Notes: generated by a model from the letters alone, not told the origin. Counted from the first letter of the stretch, positions 12,775 through 27,465 are shown. The stretch: 64,000 nucleotides of DNA from Octopus vulgaris (GCA_951406725.2 OX597836.1:18600001-18664000); one strand, 5' to 3'. Numbers and translations are program-made.

Positions 12775-13250
12775 GTGGTGGTGGTGGTGGTGGTAGTGGT
12801 GGTGGTGGTGGTGGTAGTGGTGGTGGTGGTGGCGGTGGTGGTGGTGGTGGTGGTGGTGATCGATAAGGTGGTTTGAATGGTTTTATTGTTGATGATGGTG
12901 GCGGAGGTGATGGTTATCTTACAGGTCGTTGTAGTGGTGGTTATACTGGTGGTGTTGTTGACTTTACTACTTAAGATAGCAATGGTGTTGGTGGCGATGG
13001 TGATGGTGGTGGTGATGGTGGTTGTAATGTGATAGTGGTGGTGGATGTGGTGATGGGGATGATGGTGGTGATGGTGGTGGTAGTGGTGGTGGTGGTGGTG
13101 GTGGTGGTGGTGGTGGTGGTGGTGGTGGTGGTGGATGTGGTGGTTGTGGATGTGGTGGTTTGGATGTGGTGGTGGATGTGATAGTGGTGGTGATGGTGGT
13201 GGTGATTGTGGTGGATGTAGTGATGGTGGTGGTGGTGATGGTGATGGTAG
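12775..13250. repeat. (GGT)n and degenerate trinucleotide tract
   Basis: Directly visible. Confidence 0.9.
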
Positions 13251-13628
13251 AAATTATGATGTCATTAGAGATGACGGTGGTGGTGGCAGTCACCGCCGCC
13301 ATTTTTCGTCGTCATCGTCATCGTGGTACTCGTAATGCTGGTAGTGTTTATACTAGCTGTGCTAGCATCAGTGACGGAAGAGATGCTGATGGTGGTAACG
13401 ATGGTACTGACGATGGTATTGACGATGTTGCTAGACGTAGCAATGATCCAGTCTGTGTTTTCTTCTATAGCCTCCAACCATTATTCTTGTATTGTTATGA
13501 AAGCTGCAACGTTAATAGGTGCACATTCGGTGCACCACTCTATTAAATGAAATAACAACACTGCAATATAATGCAACCAAAGACTCTTTAGATAAATACA
13601 TTCGTTGTCGTCGTCGTTGTTGCTGTGG

Positions 13629-13692
<64 letters not shown>

Positions 13693-13940
13693 CGTTGTTG
13701 TTGCTTTCATATTTGTTTTACTCGGTTGTGTCCGTGTTTTTCGGCGATTTCATTGCTTCCCACAGCTGTTGAACTTGTTGTCGTTCCTATTATTGTCGTT
13801 GCTGTCCTTATTGGTGGTGGTGGTGGTGGTGGTGGTGGTGGTGGTGGTGGTGGTAGTGGTGGTGGTGATGGTGTTAGTGATAATGTTTTGGTTGCTTTGG
13901 TCATTAGACTTCGGCTCATGTCAGTGCATCGATGCTGTGG

Positions 13941-14011
<71 letters not shown>

Positions 14012-14065
14012 TATATACATATATACACACATATATACATACATATATACGCATATATATCTGTG

Positions 14066-14103
<38 letters not shown>

Positions 14104-14507
14104 AAAGTAGATAAGCACAGGTAAGATTAATGAGTATATTTACATGGTATGCAAAACACAAAGTACGGAATACAGAATGAAAAACGCAAAGACAATATAA
14201 TAGTCTTGACAGCTGTTTCGGTTCAACCATGGCAATATATGTAAAATTCAGTTTTAACTATAGAAGCTTTGTGCTTACGAGCGAGGATTATATATTGTTT
14301 ATGTCATTATTTATGAATATATATATATATATATATATCACGCACCACTGCACTATACACCACCATACACACAACACCACATCACATCACACCACACCAC
14401 CACGCACACACTAGCACTGACCACTTCCCAGCCCTACATCCACACACCTACACATACACACACGCACACGCACCGTTTTGGGATGGTCACTACTTTATTA
14501 TTTCCCC

Positions 14508-14738
14508 TTCTTCCTAGCTCTCCTGTATGACCCCTCTGTCCGACATTCGCCCATGATGGATCGGTAGCCACTACACATTCCTTATTTTCTCTCCTTGTTT
14601 CTTTCTGTGTTCGTTTCTGTGAAAGAGCATAGGCTCGAAACGTTAAAGACTTTTTCACTTCCCCAGCGTTAAACTGATACATCTGTTTGTTGTCTACACC
14701 ACCTGACTTCGTCTTTTTTTGTGTGTGTATTCTCCCTA
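14508..14738 (+). mobile_element. Short Penelope-like terminal element with a variant hammerhead at 14614-14648
   Basis: TTT-CTGTGAAA-GAGC-ATAG-GCTC-GAAA-CG-TT-AAAG; homologous to 21009-21187. Confidence 0.55.
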
Positions 14739-14754
14739 CACATATATATATATA

Positions 14755-14925
14755 CTTTATTTAAAGCAGCATAAAATTCAACAAAATCTGTTACTCTGAG
14801 TTTCTCGTTGCCGTTCATCAGACTGCTTTTGCTAGTTTCTGCTGCTTTAAATAAAGCATATTGCTCTACCACTGGTATTTGAGTACTCTTTTTTCCAACT
14901 TGTTTCACATTTATGTGTTTTCTCC

Positions 14926-14928
<3 letters not shown>
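14755..14928 (-). mobile_element. Hammerhead-bearing short element, family X (motif at 14783-14830)
   Basis: Minus strand CTGATGA-ACGGCAACGA-GAAA-CTCAGAG-TA-ACAG; (TA)n on both flanks; enclosed by a 17-bp inverted repeat at 14755-14771 and 14840-14856. Confidence 0.75.
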
Positions 14929-14980
<52 letters not shown>

Positions 14981-15799
14981 ATCTGTACGCACATATACAT
15001 CTGTATGTGTATGTTCGCCTCTCTGTGTATGTATATGTATATATAAACACACACACATACACACGCGCGCACACACAAACCCACATAAACTCACACACAC
15101 ACACACACACACACGCATCCACACGCACGCACCTCTGTAGCTTGCCGTTGAGTCTCTCTCTATATTTTTTTTCTGACAGGATTACATGTGTGAACCACTT
15201 GCTTAAAATTGCTACCACATCATCTCCCTTATCTCAGTGAAGAGTTCCCTATAGGATTTCATTTAATGCAATATTGCTACTAGCATATTTTCTATATGGC
15301 AAACATTAGCAGAGGTGGCCATTTTGAAATGGCGAAGCGGACATTTTAAAAGTTTACTATCAAAAAGACCAGTTTGTTTTCTAATAGCTAACATTTCACA
15401 ATATATTAAAGTTAATATTAATATATATTATTAATTTCTTCCTCTCCTACTCCCATAAACTGTATTTTTGAGGTATTTTGTTAGATTTGTTTTTACTGTT
15501 GCTTTTTTTTCTTTTGCCTGTTAAGTTTGTTTTCGTTCTTTTTTTAGTTATATTTCCCCATTTTTTTCTATACCTATTATTAATTTTTTTTCTTGCAAAA
15601 ATAACAAATATTGATTTGTTAGCTAGAAATATTATTATACAATATTAATGGATAATCTATATGGATTTCAAGTTTTTCGCTTTTGGTTGGTTTGTTTTTG
15701 CATTTTTCTTCATTTACTTGTTGGCGATGTGGGTGGATTATATTTTTCCCTATTCTCTCGAATGCCATCCCTGCTCACTCACTCACTTTTTCTCTCTCA

Positions 15800-15869
15800 C
15801 TCTATCTATCTATCTATCTATCTATCCATCATCTATCTATCTATCTTTCTGTCTATCTATCTATCCATC

Positions 15870-15948
<79 letters not shown>
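15800..15948. repeat. (TATC)n microsatellite
   Basis: Directly visible. Confidence 0.95.
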
Positions 15949-16359
15949 CCACTCTCTCATTCTCTCTTGCTTAAGATCCACTCCTCCGCGAACAGTCTTT
16001 ATTCTATTATTTTCCACCTTCCTTTTATCTATGCCTAAACGCGCGCGCGTGAGCAGGCACGCACACACACACACACACACATACACACACACACATACAC
16101 AAGCACGCACACATTTATATATTCATATGTGTAAATATATATATTATATGTATATGAAATTTCTCATTTTATAAACTTGTATTGAATCCTATTAAATTTC
16201 TGCAAAGGCCAGATACATTTCTACGAGGAAATAATAAAATAGATTGTAATATAAATAGAATGGTGATTAAACAGACCTTAGGCTATGACAGGTATTTATA
16301 ATTATGGACGCAAATCAATTTCATCAGATGTGTATATGCAGGCACAATGTTGTTCTCTT

Positions 16360-16575
16360 ATTCTTTCATTCTTTTAATTGCTTCAGTCATTTGAGTGCGG
16401 CCATGTAGGAGCACCGCTGTATAGGATTTTAGTCGAACAAATCCACCCCAAAGTTTTTCTTTGTAAGCCTAGTACTTAATCTATCTTTTGCGCTATGCAG
16501 AACCACTAAGTTACGGGGACGTAATCAAACTGACATCGGTTGTCACGCGATGGCAGCCGACAAACACAGACACAC
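16360..16575 (-). mobile_element. SINE family C, 3' half
   Basis: GCGGCCATGTAGGAGCACCGC...CTAAGTTACGGGGACGTAA. Confidence 0.75.
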
Positions 16576-16603
16576 ATTCATAGATATGTTTGTGTGTGTG
16601 TGT

Positions 16604-16958
16604 GTGGAGGTGTAATGGTCCAGTGGTTTGGGTAGCGGACTCGTGGTCGTAGGATCACGGTTCCGATTCCCAGACCGCGCGTCGTTAGTGTTTATTGAGC
16701 GAAAACACCAAAAAGAAAAAAAGGTCCACGAAGCTCCGGCAGAGAAGGGGTGGCGAACCCTTCTGTACACTTTTACTACAACTTTCCTTCACTTTTCTGT
16801 TGTACCTATATTTAAAAGGGTCAGCCTTGTCACAGTCTGTGTCACGCTGAATCTCCGCGAGATCTTTGTTAAAGGCACAAGTGTCTGTGGAGTGCTCAGC
16901 CACTTGCACGTTAATTTCACGAGCTGGCTGTTCCGTTGATCGGATCAACTGGAAGCCT
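16604..16958 (+). mobile_element. SINE family A, tail type 1, diverged
   Basis: GTGGAGGTGTAATGGTCCAGTGG head; GTCTGTGGAGTGCTCAGCCACTTGCACGTTAATTTCACGAG tail. Confidence 0.85.
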
Positions 16959-17059
16959 TGAAACCAACGGAATGCATATACATATATGTATATATATGTA
17001 TGTATATATGTATGTATATATATATACTTACATATAAGACCAAAGGGGTACGGGCGCCG

Positions 17060-17108
<49 letters not shown>

Positions 17109-17119
17109 TATATGTGTAT

Positions 17120-17157
<38 letters not shown>

Positions 17158-17318
17158 ATATAAAATGGGACAAGAACGCAAAACATCCAGATAGACGATA
17201 CAAAAAATACGGACGGGTCATTCGAAGTCTTTAATCTTCAGTCAAGAACCGGATCATCCTCGCAATTTCGGCTGATTAATCTTGAGATTGCTCCAATCTG
17301 GCCAGCCCCAAGGAAAGA

Positions 17319-17391
<73 letters not shown>

Positions 17392-18357
17392 TTTTTGGTG
17401 ATGTCATAAAAATTTATCAACTTTCGAAGTAACATGAAATAATTCTTTTGAGGAGTAGTGGATCTCGTAGCACATAAAGCTATAAAATATAGCTTGTGAA
17501 TATTTGAAATCAAATGTTATCGTATGTATGAGATAATGGCTTAAGGTTTGTTGTTGTCTTTACATCATATCAAGGTGAGTGGTCAGTGAAAAGGCAATGA
17601 GGGACGATATATGATCAGTTGGGGTCTGAATGGCCTCGCAAGCCCCTATGACTTCTGAACAGTACTTGGTCATCCCAGATCACTGCCCCATTTTCGAGTG
17701 TAGATTAGATACGAAAGAAAGGAGAATGATCGTTTAGCTGAGAAACCCCTTTTGTTATTCTTGTAACATTTCTCATTGTTTTCAGTTGAAAGCCTACCCA
17801 GGACAACTTCGCCTTTCATTCCTCTCTAGTTCGATAATCTAAATTTGTAGCAGTCATGTTCTGAGATTAATATAATCGATTCTAACCGCCCCTTGACATC
17901 CATATATTTCCCGTCTGTTTGTCCTTCTGATTCATAATTCTAATTATGTGACCATTACTAATCATGTGACATAACCACTACCGCTCTTCGGATTTCTTAG
18001 TCCCACATAAGGAACAGTAACGACGAGCAACAATCATGCCAAATTTCTTCGTTTCACTCCAGGCAATTTGCCATCTTGCTTATGAACAACATTCCGTGTG
18101 ATTTGCTTATTTCCATGGGAAAATATTAATTTTCCGTTCATGAAATCTTTCCTCCAGCAACTGCATTACCCGATGATTAATCTGTGGATTTGTGTATGTC
18201 TCGATACGAAATCAATCAAATTTCTGTCGTGTGTGTATGCATGTATGTATGTACGTATGCATGTATGTATGTATGTATGTATGTATGTATGTATGTATGT
18301 ATGTATGCATGTATGCATGTATGTATGTATGTATGTATTTATGTATGTATGTATGTA

Positions 18358-18400
<43 letters not shown>

Positions 18401-18449
18401 TCTTTTATTCTTTTATGTGTTTCAGCTAGGCGGGTGTGGTCATGCTGGA

Positions 18450-18513
<64 letters not shown>

Positions 18514-18624
18514 ATATATGTATATATATATATATATATATGTATACATATATAAATATGTATACATATATAAATATGTATATATATATATATACATACA
18601 TATGTATACGTATATAAATATATT

Positions 18625-18670
<46 letters not shown>

Positions 18671-18880
18671 AAATATATACATATGAATGTATATCTATAT
18701 ATATTTATGCATACATATGTATGTGTGTGTATGTGTGTACGTGTGTGCGTACATGTGTTTGTGTGTGTGTACGTGTGAGTGTGTGTGTGTGTGCTCGTAT
18801 TATAATTATAAGAAAACATTAAATATGAACTATGGAAGAAACTACTGCCTCGAGGAACAAAACCTCTTTCCCTCCTACAA

Positions 18881-19343
<463 letters not shown>

Positions 19344-19795
19344 CGAGATTGCGTATGAAACAGTGTCAGTAAACGCAAAAAGTCTTTTCCGTTGATAACA
19401 TACATCGTTGCTGATGATTATCAAGAGTTTTGACGTAGGGCAGTGACCAGATGGATTACACCTGGGTGAGTGGAGACAGAAGAAGAGGAGAGAAGGAGAA
19501 GAGTGAAAATGGTAGGTGCGAGGAAGAGTAGGAGGCCGACAGACGGAGAGAGGAAGAGAGAAAGAGAGAGTGAGTGATTGAAAGTGAAAGTGAAAGTCAG
19601 TAAATGGGAGAGCGAGTGGGATAGAGAGTTGGAAGTAAAAAAAATGAAAGGACGGATTGGATTTAGTAGACACAAGATAGATCATAACTGGTAGAGGGTA
19701 TGTGTTTGTTTATATATGTGCGTGGGTGCCCACGTCTGTATGTATATGTATACAAACATACATACATGCATACAAGTATATATACGTGTGTGTCT

Positions 19796-20219
19796 AAGGC
19801 GGCGAGCTGGCAGAAACGTTAGCACGCCGGGCGAAATGCTTAACGGTATTTCGTCTGATGTTACGTTCTGAGTTCAAATTCCGCCGAGGTCGACTTTGCC
19901 TTTCATCCTTTCGGGGTCGATTAAATGAGTACCAGCTATGCACTGGGGTTGATATAATCGACTTAATCCGTGTGTCTGTCCTTGTTTGTCCTCTCTGTGT
20001 TTAGCCCCTTGTGGGTAGTAAAGAAATAGAAATAGGTATTTCGTCTGCCGTTACGTTCTGAGTTCAAATTACGCCGAGGTCGACTTTGCCTTTCATCCTC
20101 TCGGGGGTCGATAAATAAGTACCAGTTGCGTACTGGGGTCGATGTAATCGACTTAATCCCTTTGTCTGTCTTTGTTTGTCCCCTCTGTGTTTAGCCCCTT
20201 GTGGGTAGAAAAGAAATAG
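19796..20219 (+). mobile_element. SINE family B: full unit plus one tandem re-entry unit
   Basis: Head at 19796; second unit restarts at GTATTTCGTCTGCCG after the AAAGAAATAG tail. Confidence 0.92.
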
Positions 20220-20955
20220 TATATATGTGTATGTGAGAGAGAGGGGGTGGAGAGAAAGAGAGAAAGAGAGTGGGAGAGATGGTAGGAGAGAGAGGGAGAG
20301 AGCAACTGACAAAAAACAGAGAAGTAAGGATTAAAATAACGATTCGAACTAAGTAGTAGACTGTTTATAAGAGGTTGAAAGGGGGAGGAAAAAGGGAGAG
20401 AGAAAGAGAGAAGCTGAAGCAACAGAGGAAGGAAGAGAGAAGGAGCGAGTAGAGGGAGAAGGAAACTGAAGAGTAAGAGAGAGAAATAGGCAAAAAGAAA
20501 GAAAGAAGAGAAGGAGGGAGGGAGCGGGAAGAGAGAAAATATGCAACAAAGGATAAGTGAGGTTGTTTAAGATCAAAAGAACGTCATTAAGTTAATTTAA
20601 GATTGTATTTATTTGAGATTTGGCAGAATAACAAGAATATATTAGCAATTACAGAGGAGGAGAAATCCGGGACGTTTGGAAACAATGAAGTTTCGGATGG
20701 AAAATCGGGACGATTTGGAAATAATTGAATCTTGGATAGAATGCTGCTGGGAGGATGGGGATTTTTGGAAATCGTGTAAGAAGGAAGAAAAAAAAAATCT
20801 ATCGTCTGATTATGTCTCATGACTAATAAACTGATCCATTGATTTTAAAGAACATTTTAACCCCTTGAATATATGTGCGAGTTCGTGTGTGTGTGTGTGT
20901 GTGTATGTTTGTCTGTGTGTGTGTATGCGTGTATGTGTGTGCACGTGTATATGTG

Positions 20956-21007
<52 letters not shown>

Positions 21008-21008
21008 A

Positions 21009-21183
21009 GATCGTCAGCCACTACACACATTTTTTTCTCTCCTTGTTTTTTTCTGTGTCCCTTTCTGTAGAAAAGCGTAGGCTCGAAACGTAAAAGACTT
21101 TTTCTATTCCTGAGCGTTATACTAATATATCTGTTTGTTTTGTACACCACCCGTCTTCGTCTTTTGTTTTTTTCATAAACTCT

Positions 21184-21187
<4 letters not shown>
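21009..21187 (+). mobile_element. Short Penelope-like terminal element with a variant hammerhead at 21061-21096
   Basis: CTTT-CTGTAGA-A-AAGC-GTAG-GCTC-GAAA-CG-TA-AAAG; (TA)n on both flanks. Confidence 0.6.
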
Positions 21188-21249
<62 letters not shown>

Positions 21250-21520
21250 GTCGCATATACAGGAATATCGACTGCTTAATGTGAACTATAGAATTACGTT
21301 TTTTCAGTTTATAGCAATTCGATATGGGAAAAATTTACAACCCTTCGTGTCAATAAACAACCATTGATTTTGAAAGTTGTATTTTTTTTTCTTTTTTCAC
21401 CTTCTAGAGACTGCTCAAAGCTTACTAACTTCCTACACCTTGAGCCTTGAATCTTACATTTACATACTACTATACAGATACACAGATATACAGACACACA
21501 CACACACACACACACACAAA

Positions 21521-22786
21521 CAGGGTACGGTGAATAAATTGTCGTCTATCTTATTTTAGCAGATATATTTACCCAAATTACATATTTTGAAATACTAAAA
21601 AGTAAATTTATTCAATAAAATTGCCATTGGCTTCAACCACGGCCGCCAGACGACTTCGGAATCCCCTGCAACTCTTCTGGACGTTCTCCGTGTTTAAGTT
21701 GGTAAATGCTGCCATAATCCTTGCCTTCAATTCATCTTTCATGCAGCAAAAAGTTTTGTTGGTCACTCACTCAGCTGTGCCCCACACATAATATTCAAGG
21801 GGTGTTGCAGTCTGGGGAATTAGATGGTCAGATGTCGGGGGTAATTTGGTCGCAGAAATTGTCTGACAGCCATGACTGGGTTCTCATGTTTGTGTGGCAT
21901 GATGCAGAGTACTGTTGCCAGACATAGGGTCTTCCAGCAGCCACCCTCTTCACCCAGGGCAGTATTACTTCCTCCAGGCACTTGATGTGGGCTTCCGAGT
22001 TGAATCTGAGGCCGTGTGATAAGATGAATGACGGTATAACGTCGCCGTCATTAATGATCGTTCCAAACGCCATGATGTTGACTGGATGTTTGATTTTTAT
22101 CACTCTCGGTATATGTTTGGGGACACGGTAAACCAACGGTTGTTCTGTGTATTCACCATCTGATCCTGGCAGCAATTTTGTCGTCTGAGAAAAACCAAAG
22201 TATGTTCGGATGGAAGAGATGCTTGAGTTTGTTCAAAAGCTTCGTAGCGCGGTCTTTCCTCTTGTCCTTGATGGCTTGAGATAAAAATCGGCCTTCTCAT
22301 TTTTTATGAGGAATACCGAATTTCTTCCTGCACCACTTGCCTGATCAAAAACTCAGACACACCCATGTCTCTGACGATGTACCTAATTGACGTGAACAGA
22401 TCGTTGTCAATCATAGTCTGGATCTCACCAGCAAATTCATGAGTTCTTTTCTTATGAGGACGATCAGATTGAGTTTTTTGAGCTGCCGTACTTTTGCAAT
22501 CACCATTAGACCCATCCACTTTTTTTCGAATCCTCTGGACTGTCCTCAGATTGACCCTCAAACACTCTGAAATGTTCATATTAGAGCTTCCGGTGCGAAT
22601 GCCAAACTGTACAGCATGTCGTTTCCAAATTTCTGGCCGAGTGAATTGCTTCATGGTGTTGTGTTTTCTCGCAGACGGTGCCCAACTGAGCCTACCATGC
22701 TGTGTAGTCGGCAAAATGAAATACAAACAATGCGCATGCACGAAATTAAAAGTATAAAATGGCGACAATTTACCCATTGCACTTTG
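21521..22786 (-). mobile_element. Full-length decayed Tc1/mariner element, maT (DD37D)-like
   Basis: Diverged TIRs CAGGGTACGGTGAATAAATTGTCG / CGACAATTTACCCATTGCACTTTG; 1.27 kb; transposase remnants KHPVNIMAFG, PYVWQQ(Y)SASCH, I*PSNSPDCN-PLEYYVWG with 37-residue spacing after one frameshift correction. Confidence 0.85.
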
Positions 22787-22834
22787 TATATATACAGTTC
22801 TAATTACTGTTTGTTAGTACCTAACCGAAATTAT

Positions 22835-23130
22835 CACGTGATCACGTGACCTTCCAGACCATCAGATGTTGTTACACATCGCTGGTCACAATGCGTTTGC
22901 ATTGTTTTAGCCTTCGAATGACGCCACCCCGCTGGCTAAGCGAGCAGGCCAACAGAAGAGAGAGTGCGAGAAAGAGTGGTGAAAGAGTACAGCAGGGATC
23001 ACCACCATCCCTGCCGGAGCCTCGTGGAGCTTTTTTAAGGTATTTTCGCTCAATAAACACTCACAACGCCCGGTCTGGGAATCGAAACCGCGAGTCCGCT
23101 GCCCTAACCACTGGGCCATTGCGCCTCCAC
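22835..23130 (-). mobile_element. SINE family A head with tail type 3
   Basis: 12-bp target-site duplication AACCGAAATTAT at 22823-22834 and 23131-23142; tail ends in TCACGTGATCACGTGA. Confidence 0.88.
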
Positions 23131-23558
23131 AACCGAAATTATATTTACCCATAACTACGCAGATGCACACACACACACAAATACAAACATGCACGTGTGC
23201 ACACTCACATGCACGCACACACAAACACACACGCACGCACACACACATATGTGCTTGTATATATCTTGGGATTCTCCTTGTTTCTTTTACAGCTACACAA
23301 ACACTCTTCCAAACTCTTCTACCGTTTTTGTGCCTTTCTCTCTTTATCTCCCCATCGCTTATTTGACCGCTCCCACTCGTTTCCATTACCTTCCACTCTT
23401 TCAAATCTCTCTCCCTCTCCCACTTTCTCTCTCTTTTCTCTCTTCTCTCTCCCTTCAGCTCTCCCCTTAATCTTATCTCTCCTATTCTGTCAGTCTCATT
23501 CTTATTCCCATTCCCATCCACTCTCTCTCCTCTCCCTTTCTCTCTCTCTCTTTCTCTT

Positions 23559-23784
<226 letters not shown>

Positions 23785-24032
23785 CATACTCTCTATATAT
23801 ATATTCTATGCTGGCGTTGTTCTAGTATTTAGAACTAATTTCTCTTGGTTGATTACGAAATAAACTAATAAAGTTGGGTCTATTTGCAACGGTAATATAA
23901 TGTAAAGATGGTGAACGGGTAGCTGGTCGGGTGAGTGGATTGGATGGCGGTAGATGAAGCTGGCAATGTATATCGAGGCTATTGATATTTGTCCAATTAT
24001 TACTGGAACCGTAGCAGTGGAAGAATACTTAC

Positions 24033-24069
24033 ACGTGGCTAAAACCCCGAAGAGCAGAAAATATTTCAT
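24033..24069 (-). CDS. Candidate first coding exon, signal-peptide-like MKYFLLFGVLAT
   Basis: First in-frame ATG at 24069 after an upstream stop; phase-1 consensus donor GTAAGT at 24032-24027; no downstream exon identified. Confidence 0.2.
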
Positions 24070-27000
24070 TTGTCCAACGGTAATCGATAACACATCATCG
24101 ATATCACTATTTACTCAAACCAAGGTAACTGTACGGGGTTCATTAGCGTAAGCTTCTTGTAGTATGCAGCTGCGCCATCTGCACCATCCGTGTTTGCGCA
24201 ATTCAAGATGTCTGCCGATATTTACTGTGTACTCAATGGATAGAAATGAAACCTTGCTTATGATTTGTTTTGTTTTCTTTAAATATGATGATACACCTAA
24301 CTAAATAGAAAATCGCAAGAGAAGGAAAATAGTTTAATCACAGCGGCAGAATATATTGTATTGCATCTGGACATTTTGATTTTTGTTAGTGTATTTCTTT
24401 CTGTTGCGGTGTAGTGCCAACAACATACACCATCAATAATACTCCAACGTTGTGATGGGAACTGGTAACATGCTATTCTCTCATTTACACGATAATATGT
24501 AGAAACCCATGTCACCAAAGGTTGTAATAACACAGAAGAACAATAAATACTAGAAATCTTTGTCGTTGTCGTTCAAACCTCGGTAGGTATTGGTACAGTA
24601 CCTTTATAATCATGACGCTCTAGCTCTAGCTGTAACCATCTCATCTTTCAGTATATCGTATATATTTGAACTAACTAGTGGCCAATGTTCTCTTAAAATG
24701 GTAGATAAATGTGGATTAGTGAAACTGGAGGAGCGTCGGACAAGATGGTATGCGGCGCCCCTTCCGGTCCTTCGCGTCCCGACAGCAACGTCTGTGAAAA
24801 TGCTGGTGACAAGCTGTATCGGCCCGAGTGGTGCATGGCCTTTTCCTTGGATAAACATTGGTAACCTGGAGGAGGAGGGTATTTGCATGCATAGCTAACA
24901 GCCTGGCACGGAAAATAATTTTTTGCCTAACCCTGCACATACAGAAAAAATAGTTAACTTTGATCTCTAGTTCCTTCCTGTAATATGGTAAAATCCCCGA
25001 TTACCACAACTATTCCCTGACCACACTGTCAAAGAACCTTCCAGCCATGGTTTGGCCCGATCAGACACCAAGGCATACGCAAATCCCAACCCCAGGATGA
25101 CTAGATAGTCCTTGTCGCTCTAACGGACGAACGCACATAACATGATAGCTGCGATATGAGGATAATGTTGGCTGCTACATCTACAGTGCAGAGGGTTTCC
25201 CATATTCTACCTATCGTACTATTCAAGCTTTCACCATATCTACACATTTATTTAGTCGGCACCGTACCTCAATATCTAATCCCCATCCTTTATATTTTAC
25301 CCCCTTTGTTGAGATATTCACAAGGTTGCTATCTACCCACCCACAATCCTCACACAGTATCTAACTACTACAAAGTCAGTGAGTAGGTGATCTAATTTCG
25401 GCAATTACATCTGGATACTACGGTGAAAGGTTGTGTAGGTACGTGTTTTTATCAGTTACAGCGCGCAATATTAGACTAACTACTTTCTAGCCACTACTAC
25501 CTCTTATTAACATTATGGACATTAAAGGGTTCATTATATTGATATGTGCTAGTAATGTGTTAGCTTGTTAAGATAGGAAATTCTTTATTATGTTGGTGGA
25601 GATATCTGTATTTGAATGATAAAACAAGTTCCTTTGTTTTTCGTTCTTATTAACACTTTCATATGTTTGTCTTAAATATCCATGCTTGTTTGCAGACTTT
25701 TTGCTTACGCTCTGAATAATGAAAAGCTTTCCTTTCATATATCCTAAATTACTCAGTTGGTTGAAAAAATTGTTGGTATATATAATGTAAAATGCATGGA
25801 TGCCAGGAAAATATTCCTATGTATCACGTGATACATGAAATAGCAAAGATTCAATTCTCTTTGGATGGCAATGTGATACACAACATATACTAATATTTTT
25901 CTGTAAAGCCACATTTCAATAATGCCATATCCTAATGAGGTACGTCTCTATTGAATATATCTCGTATATCTCAGAAATTACATATTCTTCTCTAGATACC
26001 GGCTTGAAAATTTTTAATTACTTCAGAACAGGTTAGAATTGCTGTGAACGTATATAATTTGCTTGTTATACATTGTAGAGTAATAGTAATTCCCTGTATA
26101 GAGAGTAATGTCCAGGAAGTTGATTGTATTTACACTGACGGTTATGTTCATGTTTAAAACAAACTCGGAAGCAATTGCTATATTTATTCACAGCGGAACA
26201 TTAATGTTGCTTCAAATTGCTAAGCCATCGTTTCTGTACAAGCCTGAAAAATGAGGGATAGAGATGTTTCTAAGAATGTCGAAGAGAAAATAATCCAACC
26301 AAGTCTGCAATTTCAGCGGAGTCGTAACTTCCCCAGTGGACATCAAGCAGTGGGTTATATCACGTTTTGAGTCAGTAGCGATCAATGTATTACAAAAGAG
26401 ATTTCATAATATTCCTAATTATTCTAAAGCGCGTGTATTATCCATATGTGTGTGTAAATATGAATATATGAATGTGTGTGTGAACGAGTGTGCGTACGTT
26501 TGCGTGACATTATTAACAATAGGAATATTTCGTGAAGGAATTTTGAAAGGGGTGTCGGAGCGTGAAAAGCTAAATAAAATTGATACACAAGTGTGTGTAT
26601 GTGTGCGTATGCTTGCATCGTATGTGCGTATATAAGAACATGTATATGTGTGTTTTTAAAACACTTTATAACAAAGAATAACAAGATCTGTTTCATTCCT
26701 TTATTCCTTCATATGTATACATATATTGTACATATATATATATATATATACATGTTGTACATATAGGTATGACGACGCGTAGGCTTTGGAAAATTTAGTA
26801 GAAGTCGACAATCTCAATAACAAATAAAAGAAAGAAATAAAGAAATAGATCCATTTTTAGACGAACACACTATGTATATATATTAGATTCTCCTAAATCC
26901 GCCATTATATCTAAAAGGTTTCACTTAACGAAATTTAATTTGCTGCTTTACTTTCTGAAAAGAAATGAGAAATAAATACAGAAAAAAAAAAAACAATAAT

Positions 27001-27422
27001 AAAAAAATATATTTAAAAAAATAGAAAAAAGTCCACCACCACCACCACCACCACCCACCCAATAAAAAAAAAGAAATTAATGACACTCAATAAGAAGTAT
27101 AAAAAAAAACAACACAACAAAGCCAACGTTATTATGTTTCTTTGTTTATTTTTTAATTTTCTGATGAAAAAAAAAGCAAAATTTGATACACTCCAGTAAT
27201 AACGATAATGACAATAGGAACAATGATAGTGATGACAATGCTGCTGCTTATGATGATGATGATGAGGAGGAGGAGGAGGGGGACAGTGATGGTAAAATAA
27301 TAATAATAATAATAATAAAAAGTAATAGTGCTTTCTATTTCATTCCGTTTTAACGAAGAGGATTTCTGTTATTTTATCAAATATAAACAATAATAGCATC
27401 AATGCTAGTACTACTACTACTG

Positions 27423-27465
<43 letters not shown>

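Noticed and set aside
14200-14232. Minus-strand GAAACAGCTGTC half-hammerhead
   Set aside because: Palindromic stem III and GUC are present but no CUGANGA box was found; at most a truncated relic
20662-20721. Two direct copies of AAATC(C)GGGACG(A)TTTGGAAA
   Set aside because: Could be transposon subterminal repeats, but no termini were found
24590-25130. GC-richer block with overlapping short ORFs
   Set aside because: No recognisable protein; probably an old repeat that I cannot assign
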